Shown piece by piece: positions 12,651 to 26,720 of a stretch of DNA of 64,000 nt. The stretch is taken from the NCBI RefSeq assembly GCF_009914755.1, contig NC_060941.1. One strand, 5' to 3'. Positions within the stretch are counted from its first letter, which is position 1. Each line of letters opens with the position of its first letter. This stretch comes from the human T2T-CHM13v2.0 reference genome, Homo sapiens. Below the pieces are notes generated by a model that worked only from the letters and a program-made list of their open reading frames with translations, was not told where the DNA came from and did not search any database. The translations under genes were made by a program, and so were the position numbers.

Positions 12651-13769
12651 TTCTACTCTGTATCACCTCATGTAGGAGCTGCTTTTCCAAAGGGGCATCA
12701 GCTGCTCCAGAGCATGATCTGTTATCCCCTCTTTGTATATCCACATTAACAGTTGTTCAACCAATGCCTGTGGAATGGAATTAATTCAAGGGCAGGTTTT
12801 TTCTACAAGGTAGATCCATGCTCTCTTTTGAAGAGGCATGCCCATGGCATGAGGCTGTGAGGATGAGATACTTGGAGGCTCACGTAGATTTAGAAATAGA
12901 ACAGTGAAATTTGAGTTTAGTAATGAATACTTACTAGGAATAGGATAACAATCTTCTAAATCTATAAAGTGCATTTTAGCCCATAAAACCCATTCAGACT
13001 CTCATTTTCCCCCACTTCTCCCAGCAAGCAAGCCTGTGGGTGGACTCAGAAGAGGTTAATGTCCCATTTGCAGTTGAAGAGACTGAGGCACAGACAGGGA
13101 ACACAATCGCCTCTGATGAGCCACGTGGCCTTAGGCTAGAGTCTGAGAAAGGGTGACTATTGGCTACTGTAGTACACACTCCTATCACCTGCAGATGGAG
13201 CCTGCAGTGCCCCCAAAGAGGTTAATTTCTCACTAGCAGATTCTTTCTCAGACATCCAGCAGGTGACTTGCATTTTAATGGACCCCAGATGCTTATTGCT
13301 TGCAAAGAGGTCAAGTTTCTAAATGGGCAGCCAGATGGAGAGCCCTTCTGGACTTTCCCTGGGGTCAATTAAGGCTGCGCCTGCCATTGGCGCCTGCTTT
13401 TCTTGCCCTACAATGGTGCTAGCACCTTCCATGCTAACAGCTTCCTCCTTCTGAGCCCCTTTCAGGGCTCAAGGCTGGATTCCAAGGTGGAGGGCAGGAA
13501 AGCTGGAAGCATAGGCAGGGCAGCTCCAAATGCAAAGATCTGAAGACCCAAATGCACATTCTTTCCTGTTTGCCAGGGAAACATGTAGACAACTTTAACA
13601 TTCAATGCCTTGTAGAAGTGCAACCATCGTGCATCACCACATATACAGTACAGACACCAATAATTAAAACCCAGCCCCTGTGCCTGGGGCCTCATGGCTC
13701 GTGCAGCACGTTCACAATTGCTCTCTCATTTGATTCTCATAGGAAGCTCAGCTCAATCCTTGACTAGCT

Positions 13770-14042
13770 CGGGTATTTACTGGCTGCCAACTGTGCCAGG
13801 TGCTGACCTTCGGGAGCTCACAGTCCAGATGGGAGACAGGCACATAGCAGGGAATTACATGGGAGAGTGCAGGGAACAACATGAGACCCATGCAGTGTCA
13901 TGGGAATGAGTGACAAGGGACTTCTGTCGAAAAGGTGCTATCCAGGCTGAGGAGTTAGCCAGGTGAAGGGGCAGGGACAGCGGAGTGTTCCGGGCCAAGA
14001 AACAGCATTTGTAAGAGCCTAGGACTGAAAGAACTCAGCACT
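13770..14042 (-). mobile_element. L2 fragment
   Basis: TATTTACTG...TGTGCCAGG...GGGAGCTCACAGTCCAG...GAGTTAGCCAGGTGAAGGGG. Confidence 0.7.
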
Positions 14043-14486
14043 TGTGTTCATTTCCTTGGGCTGCCATAACAAAGTACCCCAGGTTGGGCACCTTCAACAA
14101 CAGACAGGGATTGTCTCACAGTTCGGGAGGCTGGAATGCCAATATTGAGGTGTCGGTAGAGTTGGTTTTTCTGCAGCCTCTGAGGGAGCATCTGTTCCAG
14201 GCCTCTCTTCTAGCTTTTGGTAGCTCCAGGTGTTCCTTGGGTTGTGGATGTCATTTTCTGTGTATCTTCACATCCTCTTCCCTCTGTACATGTCTGTCTC
14301 TATAACCATATTTCCCCCTTTTCTCTAATGACACAAATCATATTGAATTAGGATTCACTCTAATGACCTCATTTTAATTTGACCATCAGCTAAGATCCTA
14401 TTTCCAAATAAGCTCACACTCAGCATAGGTAGTAGGAGTTAGGACTTCAATATATTTTGGAGGGGGGCACAATTCAACTCATCACA
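14043..14486 (-). mobile_element. MLT1B/C-like MaLR solo LTR
   Basis: TG...CA ends; GCTGCCATAACAAAGTACC, TCTCACAGTTC.GGAGGCTGG and CACAATTCAAC; perfect 5-bp TSD GCACT (14038-14042, 14487-14491). Confidence 0.9.
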
Positions 14487-15479
14487 GCACTTCCCAAAGA
14501 ATGGGAGGTGGCATAAAGATTGAGGGGGAGGACAACAAGGGGAGGTCAGGCTAGCTGGTCTACCTGGACCCTCTTAGGGAGGGTTCATCAGCCATGATGA
14601 AGACTTTGCAATTTATTATAAGGGCAAGGAGTGACCCATTTTCGCTGCCCTCACATAGAGTTAGTTAGTCACTCCTGTGAGTTCTTGGACTCACTCCTGT
14701 GAGTCTCTCAAGAGTACTTTCCTAGGTGGGCGGGTATAGGTTTCCCTACTTGATGGTGCATTCATTGAGCATAGGGACCAGGTCTTCCAAGTCTTATTAT
14801 TCACTGGGACCTACCAGCACAGAGATCAGCACACAGGACACGCTTAATAAGTGTTTATGAATCTAACACATTTAGGTCAGTTATTGCATCAGCTGACTGA
14901 AGAGCTGTCCCTTCATTTATATGTGCTTTTCACACATTTCACATCGTTGTTGCAATAGACACAATCCCTTTTGCACATCTTCATGTATATTCTTGATTTC
15001 TCAGGTTGAAATGTTATTTTCATCTTCTTAAAAAGAGAATCCTTCATTACATTCGCCCAGACTCCTGTGTCTTATGTGGTTTACAAAAGAGATCTGACTG
15101 GGCATGTTGTTTTTTTTTCTTAGGGAAAAAAAATCAATGACTTATTTGTGTGTCTTTAATGTAGAGGGAAGTAGTAGAATTGGTTTTGCCATCTTAAGGT
15201 TGACAAGTTTAATACTTAAGACAGGGTTTATTCAATCCCAACATTGTTAGAGCTTGTAAAAGTTTAATGATCTACTTCTAGGATTTAAGATTTGACTGAG
15301 TCTCTCTCTCTCTCTTAAATTTTACTCCGACAGGTTTGCTCTGAGAAAAGCAGGATTTTGTAGCCCTGGCCCCAATCTTTGGACTTCTGCAAAACGGGAG
15401 ATCAGAAACCCCACAATGTCCCCCCCGAACAGAGTGATTGAGTGGCTGATAAATCTGTGGACATGTGAAAATGAAGTGC

Positions 15480-16120
15480 AGCTTGCTATATTATAGCATC
15501 CAAACTGCAGGGGAGCCAACAAACATCTAACTCTGCCCACTCATTTTACCACTGGGGCGAACGAGGTTCAGGGAGGAGCAGGGACTCACCTGAGCCCAGG
15601 AATAGGGAGGCTCAACGGAAACTCAGGCCATTGTTGCAAAGCACATCCTATCTGCAGTAAGGTGAGGACTGTATCATTAGGGCTTCCACTTTCTCAGGAC
15701 TTTGGAGATTTCTGGCTCCCCAGAAGCCTCATGGAAAGGAGTGAGCCACCTTCATGCATTTACCTACTCCCAGAGACTCTAATGCAAGTGCCCCTTCCCA
15801 AGCAGCCACTTCTCAAGCACATCACTACTACAGGTACTCCATCTCCAGGTGTGGATCCCAGGTGCTCTGCTTCCATGCATCCTTCACCTGGTTTCCCAGG
15901 TCCTTTGCTTGGTCTAGTGCAGGGTTAAGACCCACTGGACAAGAGTTTGGGAGCTCTGCCCTTACAAGCTGTGATCTTAGGCAAGCTTCTTTATCTCTCT
16001 AAGTTTGTTTCCTCATCAATTTCATGGGAATAATGAAAGTTTCTATCTCATAAGGTTCTAACAAAGACAACAAGACCAATGAATGCGAAATGCTGAATAC
16101 ACTCTCTGTTGTATACTTAA
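15480..16120. mobile_element. MIR fragments (minus ~15480-15650; plus ~15900-16120)
   Basis: CTCATTTTAC...GAGGTTCAG; GCTGTGATCTTAGGCAAG...GTTTCCTCATC. Confidence 0.6.
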
Positions 16121-16193
16121 ATACTTGACTCCTTTGGTTGTGTGTGTAGATTCCAATTAGTGGGAAGCAAAAGTCACTTCAAATCAATCTTCA

Positions 16194-17365
<1,172 letters not shown>

Positions 17366-17679
17366 CAAATCAATCTTCAGTTTGTGTGCCAGGGACAGTG
17401 CCCAGACTCCCAAGTGTCTTTGGGGCCTCTATGCAAAATAACTTTCACCCAGTACTCTCTCCCTTTCATGTGAGAGGTAGTGTCAGAAGTAACAGTGAAA
17501 GCTTGAAAGTACAGACTGTAAATGGCTCAAGTTGCATCTCCCTGGAGCCCCTATTTCAACATAGTTTTGACCAGAATGTTGGTTTCAGCTGCAAGCAATT
17601 GATTGGCCTATACAATTCTGTCATCCCAACAACTGATTAATTCATCAGTAATGAAACTGTCTGTGGTCCCTGCTAGCAT

Positions 17680-17915
17680 GCGAGCTACCATTATCGAGCA
17701 TTTATTCTTTGTCAAGTTCCCCAAGTACTTTACGTACATTACCTCGCTTAGTACTCTCAATAAAGTCTTATTACACAAGCCTTGTTATTCTGCTCTAAGC
17801 ATGAGGAGCCTGGGAGGTCAGTTCAGAGAGGTTAAGGAAGCTGCCCAGGGCACAGAGCTAGTAAACGGAAAAGCTGGGATTTGAACCCCAGTCTGTTTCA
17901 GTCTTTCAGCCACAT
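17680..17915 (-). mobile_element. MIR
   Basis: GAGAGGTTAAGGAAGCTGCCCAGGGCACAGAGCTAGTAA..GGGATTTGAACCCCAGTCTG. Confidence 0.8.
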
Positions 17916-17916
17916 T

Positions 17917-18570
17917 TTTAAATAGGCTTACAGGGGAATAATTTATATACAGTAAAGTTTACATTTTTTGAGAAGAGAGTACAGTACATTTTGAGAAAGT
18001 ATACAGTTGCATAAGCACCATACAGTAAAGCTAGAGAACCTTTCCCTAACCCAGGAATTCCCTTTTGGCCCTTTGCAGCCAATCTGTTCCTTTCAACCCC
18101 AACCCCTGGGAGCCTGCAGTCAATGATTTGTTTTCTGTGACTATGCTTTTGGCCTTTTCTAGGGTGATGTATGAATGGAATCTTGTAGTTTGTAGTCTTT
18201 TGTATTTGACTTCTTTCCCTTATCAGAATGGTTTTGAGATTCATCCATGTGGTCGCCTGTGTCACCAGTCTGTTCCTTTTCAGTGCTGAGTAGTAGACCA
18301 TTGTGTGAATAAGGTATACCCCACTTTGTTCGTCCACGCACCAGCTGATGGACATTTGGATTGTTTTTAGTTTGTGGCTATTATGAATGAAGCTGCTATG
18401 AACATTTGTGTACAAGTCTTTGTGTAACAAATGTTTTCATTTCTCCTGGGTAAATACCCACGAGTGGAAATTCCTGGGTCTCAGGTTAAGTGTATGTTTA
18501 ACTTTGCAAGAACCTACTGAACCATTTTCTAAACTTTCTGTACCTTTTTAAATTCTCATCAGCATTGCAC
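17917..18570 (-). mobile_element. Old L1M (MB/MC/ME) ORF2 end and 3'UTR
   Basis: GAGATTCATCCATGT, GATGGACATTTGG, GCTGCTATGAACATT.GTGTACAAGTCTT, AAATACCCA.GAGTGG. Confidence 0.85.
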
Positions 18571-18653
18571 TGAAGGTTTTGTTCAGCTACATTTAAAAAT
18601 GTTAGACTCAACATCTACCTCATTCTGAGCCGGGAGGTTGAGAATAATGAATG

Positions 18654-19508
18654 CTACATTTCGTTGACTCTAAGATGCCATCAATTTTAAGATGCGCCAT
18701 TATTTTACATACTGCTAAGAAAGAAAAGCATTTCACAAATGATGACACAATGCTTTTATATCACTTAGAAAAAATTTTGCATACTTATTAAAATAGCCCA
18801 TATATCACCCTTATACATACATAAAATGGAAAATACAAATGAAAAAAAATATAGGTCGGGTATTCCTAGAATGTGTATTCACCTTTAGAATCTTCTGATT
18901 TTTTTTTTGACTCCAGTCCTCAGTATTTATATTTTTGTCCCCCGGAGTTTCCCTGTGTGCCATCAGCCTGTTGATGGTGCAGCATTTTTAAAAGAGTGCT
19001 CTGTTACTGTCTCCAAGAATTATTTTCAAGAAAATCTCAGTGCTGGGAACTGTCTTACTTGACTACACTCATATTTTACACCCCTCTACCCACCCAGTTG
19101 AATTATGTATCACCAGAAGTTAAGTAGCTTCTGTTCAAATTTAGTAAAATGATTTTTGGCAAATTGATATTTGTTGCCTTAAAGATAGCCCTACTCCATA
19201 GATAAATCAGTCCCACCAGCCTCTATTGCTTTACAATTTCATTAATCCTTTTTTAAAGAAATATGACAATTTATCCTGCCTTCAGTAGCTGTTGGTTCTA
19301 TATGTTAAGCAATGCACATAACCCAGCTGAAGTTTTGACAACATTCATGGCTGTGAGACCCAGTCCACACATGTATGGGCTGTGATGACTTCCTTGTGAC
19401 TTGCTGTCTGACAGTGATTGAAAGACGTCTTCATTTGTAGGAGACAGTCTGATCTTAGGGACATTAAAATTGAAAAAAACTGTGCATCTTAGAGCTCATT
19501 AAATGCAG
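18654..19508. mobile_element. Kanga1/MER104-family TcMar-Tc2 DNA transposon
   Basis: Decayed TIRs ATTTCGTTGACTCTAAGATGC ... GCATCTTAGAGCTCATTAAAT; subterminal TAAGATGCCATCAATTTTAAGATGCGCC. Confidence 0.7.
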
Positions 19509-19559
19509 CATATTTTACCCGAGACGCGGATTTCTACTGTGCTCTATTTTTCAATATCC

Positions 19560-20050
19560 CCCAAATTCCCATAATAGACAAGAGAAACATCTGCTTCATT
19601 TTTGGCCACTTCTTTCTCCCCAGCCACCTCTAATCACAATGATTCTCCTCTTCTTAACCACTTCTGTCACCTTCATTCAATGCCCATTCTCTTTACCATA
19701 GCTATTGCAAAAACCTCCTCACTTCTCTAATTGCCTTCTAGAAATTTCTTCTCCTTCAATCAGTCCTATTTATTATTCCCAGAGTAATCTTGCTCCTATA
19801 AAAATCCAAACATGTAATTCTTCTTCCTAAAACTCTTTCTTGGATACTTATTATTTAAAGAATAAAGTACAACCTCCTTAGCATGACATTCAATTTATTT
19901 TACGTTCTGGGTCCTACATTTTGCCCCAGCATTATTCTCCACCATTTCCCACTCCAGGCACACCCAACTATTTGGTGTTCTCCAAATGTGCCTTGGACTT
20001 TCCCTTGCTGGGACTTTTCCATTCTGGAATTCTGTTTATGCTTTTGTCTA
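19560..20050 (+). mobile_element. L2 fragment
   Basis: CTATTGCAAAAACCTCCT, CCAGAGTAATCTT, AACCTCCTTAGCATGACATTCAA. Confidence 0.6.
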
Positions 20051-20154
20051 GAATTCCTTCTCTTCCTTGTTCCTATTGAAGGCTGTTCATAGAAATGAAG
20101 CATAATGCTCATTCTGGTTGTATTAGCATGATGCATTTATGGGTGAAGTTTTCT

Positions 20155-20280
20155 CATATATATGTGCATATATATATGTAAATATATATACACATATGTA
20201 TATGTAAATATATATACATAAGTATATGTAAATATATATACATATGTATATGTATATATATGTAGACACACACATATGCA
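20155..20280. repeat. Compound TA/CA microsatellite
   Basis: Three copies of TATATGTAAATATATATACA embedded in TA/TG/CA runs. Confidence 0.9.
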
Positions 20281-20749
20281 CAAATAGACACAATCACATA
20301 TATTCATCTTATTCATTCTTAGTTGCTATGTCCTCTATGGAATTTTCTTTGTGCTCTTTAATTGGATTCCTTCCTTCATGTTTTCTCAACACCTGCTTGT
20401 ACCTTCGATTGCAGCAACTTTTGCTGTAAAATGGAGATAGGAGAAATGCATAGGCCTATTTCAACAATTAATTCAATTACATAGACTAAGGGTGCTAGAA
20501 TTTTGGAGGCACCCGAGTATGATGAAAGACATCTAGAACTTGGCATCAGGCAATAGTGAGACAAAGCTGCAGCCCTGTCACTTTCTACCTATGCGACCTT
20601 GGGCACATAATGTAACCTCCTTGACTTGTGTTTCCTGAAGTTCCTGAGCCAATGTGAGCCCTCCAGACACCTTGTAGAACCCCTTCTCCATAGAGAAGAA
20701 ATGCTGGGAAAACTGCCAAGTGCCTTCCTGAGTCCTCATGGGTAGGGCA

Positions 20750-21350
20750 ATTCTGTCCCTCAAGTTACCTCCTCCAGCCCTTGGTTCATGTTTTGTGGAA
20801 GAGATGGGGCTTGAAACATTTCTCTCTCCTCTTACAGATTATATACGTGTAGCTGGCACAGGACCTTGCTAGCACAGGACCTCACTCCCAGCTCCTCCTG
20901 CAGCTCAACATGGCCAGGTGACTGGTTCTCACTAAAGCAACGTGAGTGGAAGTGACAGGTGCTACCTTGGGGTCAAGGCTTTTAATTTGCAAGTACCTCT
21001 CCAGGCTCTCCTATTTCATTTGCTGGCTGAGTGCAGATGACAACTAGGACCTAGGCTAGTGCTTCTCAAACTTGAGGGTGCATCAGAACCACCTGGAAGG
21101 CTTGTTAAAAAAGGTTGCCAGGCCCTACCTCCAATATTTCTGATCTGGTGTCCCAGAGAGGGGCCTGAGCATGTGCATTTCTAACAAGTTCCAGGGTGAC
21201 GCTGCTGCTGTTGATATAGGAACTACAGTTTGAGAAGCACTGTCCTAGGAGACAGCACAGACACAACATGGAAAGGGCCTGGGTACCTAATGACCATGGA
21301 TGGGGCAGCAGAGGGGGTGGGTCGGTCAATTGGGTATATTCATCTGCCAC
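20750..21350 (+). mobile_element. Old MLT1-like LTR remnants flanking MER5A
   Basis: GGCCAGGTGACTGGTTCTCAC..AAGCAACGTGAGTGGAAGTGAC; GGAAAGGGCCTGGGTACCTAATGACCATGG. Confidence 0.5.
21057..21242. mobile_element. MER5A hAT-Charlie MITE
   Basis: TIRs (T)AGTGCTTCTCAAACT / AGTTTGAGAAGCACTG; TSD-like ACCTAGGC / TCCTAGGA. Confidence 0.9.
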
Positions 21351-22639
21351 TATTAAATGATCAAGAAATAAACTTTTAGTGAGTTTGAGAATTTATAGAT
21401 TTTGGTGAGTCTATATGCATTACAGTGGGTTAATCTATCCTTCAAAGCACTATCCCAGCTATTCATGAGGCTAGAGTCCAGACCCATTGAATTGTCCATT
21501 TGCTGGCTGTCTTTCCTCCTGGTCTGGACCCAGCTTTGGAGTCCCTCATACCCTCCCAGCTATCTGATCACAACAGTCTCTGGGCCATCACTCAGAGACT
21601 GACAGTCCTAATCTCCTACAAGCCCTCCTGCTCTCTGCCATTGGACCTATGGATAGTCGCCCCATCCTGCAGAAGCCTAGAGTGACCTCCAACCCACTGG
21701 ACTTGGTAATGAGGACTTTTGGCCTCTCCCTGGCTGGGACAACTCATCCCCCCCATCCTAATTAATTGTCCCTGGTTGCTGCCTTCGCCAGCTTCTGCCC
21801 ATGCTACACCTGCATCTGAGAACCCCCAGTCCCCTTGCAGAATGCTAGAATGCTAGGAGACAGAATGCTAGACCAGTCTCCCCACCTCATACCCAGTTCC
21901 TCAGTTCCAGCACTGCCCAGGCACACAGTAGGTCTCAATGCCTAAAAGCAAAACTGCAGTGACCAATTCTGAGGAAGAGGTCAGGACAAGAGGAATGACA
22001 GATGGCAGCTGATACAGCCAGCCATCACAGCCAGGCACAAGATACAGGTTCAGTGTCACTCCAGCAAAGTTCTTGGAGCTTATCAGAATGCAGTCTCTCA
22101 GACGTTAACAGGGAAATTGTGTGATAATTATATATTAAAAAGTTTAGCAAGTATTAAGAGATCACTAGTTCAATAAGCATATGAAAGCTCAAAGCAGGAT
22201 TCATGCCATTAACTCAAATTACATGAGCCGAGTCTGCTGTCGTCTCCCTTTTAAGCAGCACATCAAGGAAAAGAGGTGCTTTCATTGGATTATTAAAAGG
22301 ATTTAATTAACATGGAATACTTCACAGGAAGACAACCTATGACAGAATAATTAAAATATAGTTTGTTGAAATGCACATTAATTGGCTACTAATTATCACA
22401 TTTCGTTCCCCTTTATGGGCTAAAGATACGCTCAGGAGAAGACATGGCTCTGTGCAGAAGTACATTTCCTTGCTTGTTCCGCTCAGTGTTTAATTAGAAG
22501 AAAGGACAAAGTGCTTCACTCTGCAATTCTAGAAAACTAGATTGGAAGTCAGAGCGAGCAAATGAGGGGTATTATTGCACACTGGCCATGCATTGTAGTG
22601 GGAGAGAGCATTGGACTGGGAGTCTACAGGCCTGGGTGT

Positions 22640-23240
22640 TCCTCTCCTGCTCTACTCTCCATTCACCATGGGTAATTACCATGCTTAAAACAGTTCACGG
22701 CTGCCCTTACCATTGCATAAATTCCAAATCCCTACTATCTGGTCAGTTATGGTCAGACACTCAACTGTTTTTCCAAGATTCCCCACCTTGCCCATTCCAC
22801 TCTAGCCATGCTGACCTTGCTGTACCTTAAGCAAGTCAAGGTCATTACCACCACAGGACCTTTACACTTGCCATTTTCTCAGCCTGGAGTCTCTTCCCCT
22901 GAAGCTTCATATGGGACTTCTTCCCGTCATTCACAACTTAGTTCAAATGACTTCTCAGAGGGCTTCCCTGACTATCTAATCTAGTGTTGCCTTCTTTATT
23001 CTCTATCACATCACAGTGCTTTATTTTACCCCCAGATGTAACACCATGGGATTATCTTGAGTATTTATTTGTTCACTTGTTTTGTCTGTTTCTTGTATTG
23101 TCTGTTTCCTCCACTTGAACATATATGCTATGAAGGCTGGAACTGTATGTTTCCTTGATGCATTGCAGCTCCAGCACCTAGAACAGTGCCCGGGACATGG
23201 CAGGCATGCAATAAATATTTGTTGATTAAATGAATAAAAA
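22640..23240 (+). mobile_element. L2 3' end
   Basis: CCAGCACCTAGAACAGTGCC.GG.ACA..GCAGGCA.GCAATAAATATTTGTTGATTAAATGAAT. Confidence 0.85.
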
Positions 23241-24599
23241 TGGCAGTGGAGCAAGAAGACCTCTGAAGGTCCTTTTAGCGCGAACACTTTAGGATACTTT
23301 GAACATGCAGAGAACCAAAAGAGACATAAAGGCTGCAGAAGACAGGGTGCATCTTAACTCGTTTTAGGAACCCCCTACTGGCCCTCAGCAAAGCTTTGCT
23401 GATGATGATCTTTCAGAAAGCATTTGTGGCTTGGGGTCCGTGCAAGTCTGCAATTCTAGGGTTCTCAAGAATCATCAGGATTCCTGACCATCTCTCCTTT
23501 TCAAAGCTATAATCATGGGGTCATCACTTTAAAAACTCACCTCCTCTCTTAATTTTTTCTTACCTGCTTTAACCTGCTTCATGGGATTCTAGCAAGACCA
23601 AGACCTTCCTTTCAAGGCTCATTTTGCAAATTAGCCTAGATTGTGGCTGACAGATGCTGCCTATGGCTGTTGAGTGGGCATGCTTGTTTTTCAAATGAAG
23701 AGTTCAGATCCTTGGCATTATGAAAGTACTTTCCTGGGTTCTAAATCTACAGTCCTGTTCTTTCCTCCTTTAGGGAAATCTGTGAAACATAATGGATGAT
23801 AGACCAGGTTTTAAATCTTCTTCCCCAAAAGAGGTGGTCATCCTCCTCCCTAATGCTTCTGCCTGCCTCACTCCATGGTGCCTGGTCACTTCTTCCTCCT
23901 CCACCTCAGTGACTTGGGTGACAATGGGCTTTATCACCTCCCTGCCCTTTGTGAACTATTGCCTTCTCATGGGGCGGCTAAACCTAGGGACGCTGAGACA
24001 GCCTTGAGCCAGAGGCCTGGACCAGCTTCACCTCCAGCATTTTGCCAGATGCTTTCTTTGGCTCTGTGTTTCTGGTTTCTCATCTCAGAGCAACTCCTTA
24101 TCCGAGCACAGTGGAAATTCAAATTTCAGAGTTGTAGGTGAGAGCTGAGATAAATCAGGCCCTCTATGAGGTCCAGTCCAGCTCAGTGCACAGTCTGCAC
24201 AGTCATTTGGGGCCAGAGGTCCAGATAGTAATAAAGCATTGCTTTGTCTACTCTGTGAATATATTGTAGAAATAGTTTATGGAGGAGCGCAAATACCGGA
24301 ACGATCTCAAGCAGTGTTGTTCTAAAGTCAACTTTTAAGGCAATATCTCCTTTGCAAGTTTGCAATCACAGTAACTGCTGCGGTCTGCTATGTGAGTGCT
24401 GGTGGGCTCTGCTGGGCGACAATGACTGGCAGGCGATATCATGGGAAGAAAGGGCTCACATGTGTGATGTTAACAGGGCGGGACAAATCACAGTAAACAG
24501 CTGCAGTGATGTCACAGGACCCTCATGGTTAATTCACATACTGGGATAGCTCTTGTTTACATTCTGGGACAGTAGCAACTGCTTTAAAGCTCTATTGTG

Positions 24600-25480
24600 T
24601 AGTAGTTAAACAGCAGAGGCTGAAGAGCCAGACACTCTAGGTTTGGTCCTGTTTATATCACCTACTGGCTACTACTGGGCTTTGGTTTCCTCATTTAGAG
24701 AAGGGATAATTGCATCCCTTGTAATCTAATGGAGAGAATATTAGCAAGAGGTATGATGAGCCCAGAGTGGAGAAAACAATAACTGCTGAGTAAAGAGATT
24801 ATGGTTTCTAGAGAAGGTACATTTGCAGTGGCCCTCTGTGCATGACTAGGAGTTTTATAAGCAAAAGAAGCTATGGCAAGGACAGGAGTATAAGCATAGG
24901 GAAAGTGATAGTAGTGATGGTGGAGAGGAGACTACATTTTAGGTAGGAAACAGCTTTTGTGTGACTGACCTGTGAATTGTAGTGGAACAAGAACGTGAAA
25001 AGATATGTTGAAGCTCTGGGTGGGCTTAATGCAAAGCTAAGAAATTTGGACTTTGTTCTGTGCAGGATTTCTTTTATTTTTTCTGGATGATATTTTTATG
25101 CCTAGAAAATAAATAATATTTATCTTAAGCTCACTGCAGAAAACTTGAATACCAAGAAAGTGTAAAGAAAAAACAATCATATGCAAACCTACTACACAAA
25201 ATAATTGCTGTTAACATTTGGTCGGATGTCTTTTCGGTGCTTTTTCGATGAATATGTATGCTGATCTAGCATTATGAAAATGTTATCTAGGGAATATTTT
25301 TGAGCAGGAGAGTGTTGCGCAATTAGGTTTGCATTCCGGAAAGATTCTGGTGGTGGTGGCTGTGGGGAGGAGGGCTAGATGAGGTTGCAGCCAGAGGTCA
25401 GGACGCTGTTAGGACTCATTCTAGTCCAGGGGAGGAATGATGAGGGCATGGGCCAAGGCAGCACCTGTGGGGCTGTGGAG
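24600..25480. mobile_element. Mosaic of MIR, L2 (minus) and L1ME fragments
   Basis: TTTCCTCATTT core; AAGCTAAGAAATTTGGACTTTG and TTTTGAGCAGGAGAGTG L2 motifs; ATAATTGCTGTTAACATTTGG L1ME-like. Confidence 0.5.
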
Positions 25481-26519
25481 AAGTGACACCTTCACAGGAA
25501 GAGACACCAAAGACAAAAAACTGCTACCTTCGTCAAGTCAAACTTGAAGTCAATGGCTGTACCAATGACCAATCAATGGCCACTAAGAATATCTTCTCTA
25601 GGATTCTGGTCTACTCCCAATCAGAGGCCCATAGCTTGGTCTTCCATCCTAGAAAATGCTCTTCTCCTTGTGAATAATTAGATTATAGACATCCTTCCCC
25701 TAGGACCCCCAGCTCTCTCCAAAAACTTCACTGTGCTTCCTTCAAAACTCAGTAGGAGGGATTTTTAGACTGTTGTTCTGAGATGCCATAGCCATCAGGA
25801 TCCCTTCGATGTAAAAGCCAGATATTGTCCTCACAAGGGAACTTGGCAGCATGGCTCTTCTGACTCTGCAGGTGCGATGCCACTCACCTCTCTAACCTCA
25901 GCCATTGTTCTCCTCCCTTCCACATCCCTCCCCAAACCAGCTGCCACCAAGCTGTGCCCAGAAAATGAAGGTTGTCACAAAGGAGCCTGAGGCTGGGTGT
26001 GAGAAATGAGATGTGTTGTCTGTGATGGGGGAAGATTGAGAAACTGAATAATTGGGGGCCTGAGAACCAGGCTCTTCAGACAGTCGGGATGGGCTCACAG
26101 CATGGAACACATTAAAATCTCATTGCCCACCGCTTCCCGGTAGCCTCTGCTGCCTCGCTTCAAGTGCTGTTTTATAAGCAGTGTTTGCAGAGAGTTAACG
26201 AATTTGAAGGGGCCCTGAAAGGGAAAGGGCCTCTGTTGAATAACTTTTCTCTTACTAGAGAAAATGAGAGATGGTTTTCCTTATAACCCAATTTCCAAAG
26301 CCTTTTATTACAGAGCGTCAGGAAGATTTGCCTCCTGCCAGGCTGAGTGGGGCTGGGCCAGCTCCCTAGAGAGCTTAGAGATGGTTGGATGGCTGCTGGA
26401 GGCATGGAGGGTGGTCAAACTGATAGAATCAATACAATCTTCCCTCAGTAACACAAAAGACCTTTGCCAACTCATGCTTTTTGCACTGATTTTTCTCTCC
26501 TGAAACCATGAAATGGGAG

Positions 26520-26720
26520 GAAGCATGTAGCATGATGGAAAAGTAACAACAGGGACTTGGTGTCCAGCAGACGTGGGTTCCAGTTCCAGCTCTTGCACTT
26601 TCTGACATGACTGCAGTTTCCTACTTCGCAAAAGGAAAGACAATATCTGCCTGAAAGGCTGCCATGAGTGAGGGTGAGACAATATGTAAAGTCCTGGTAC
26701 ATTTAGACTCTCAACATCTC
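26520..26720 (+). mobile_element. MIR
   Basis: CAGACGTGGGTTCCAGTTCCAGCTCT...CAGTTTCCT...ATGTAAAGTCCTGGTACA. Confidence 0.7.

Noticed and set aside
17918-18430. Longest ORF in the window (170 aa)
   Set aside because: Open frame through a decayed L1M ORF2 end and 3'UTR
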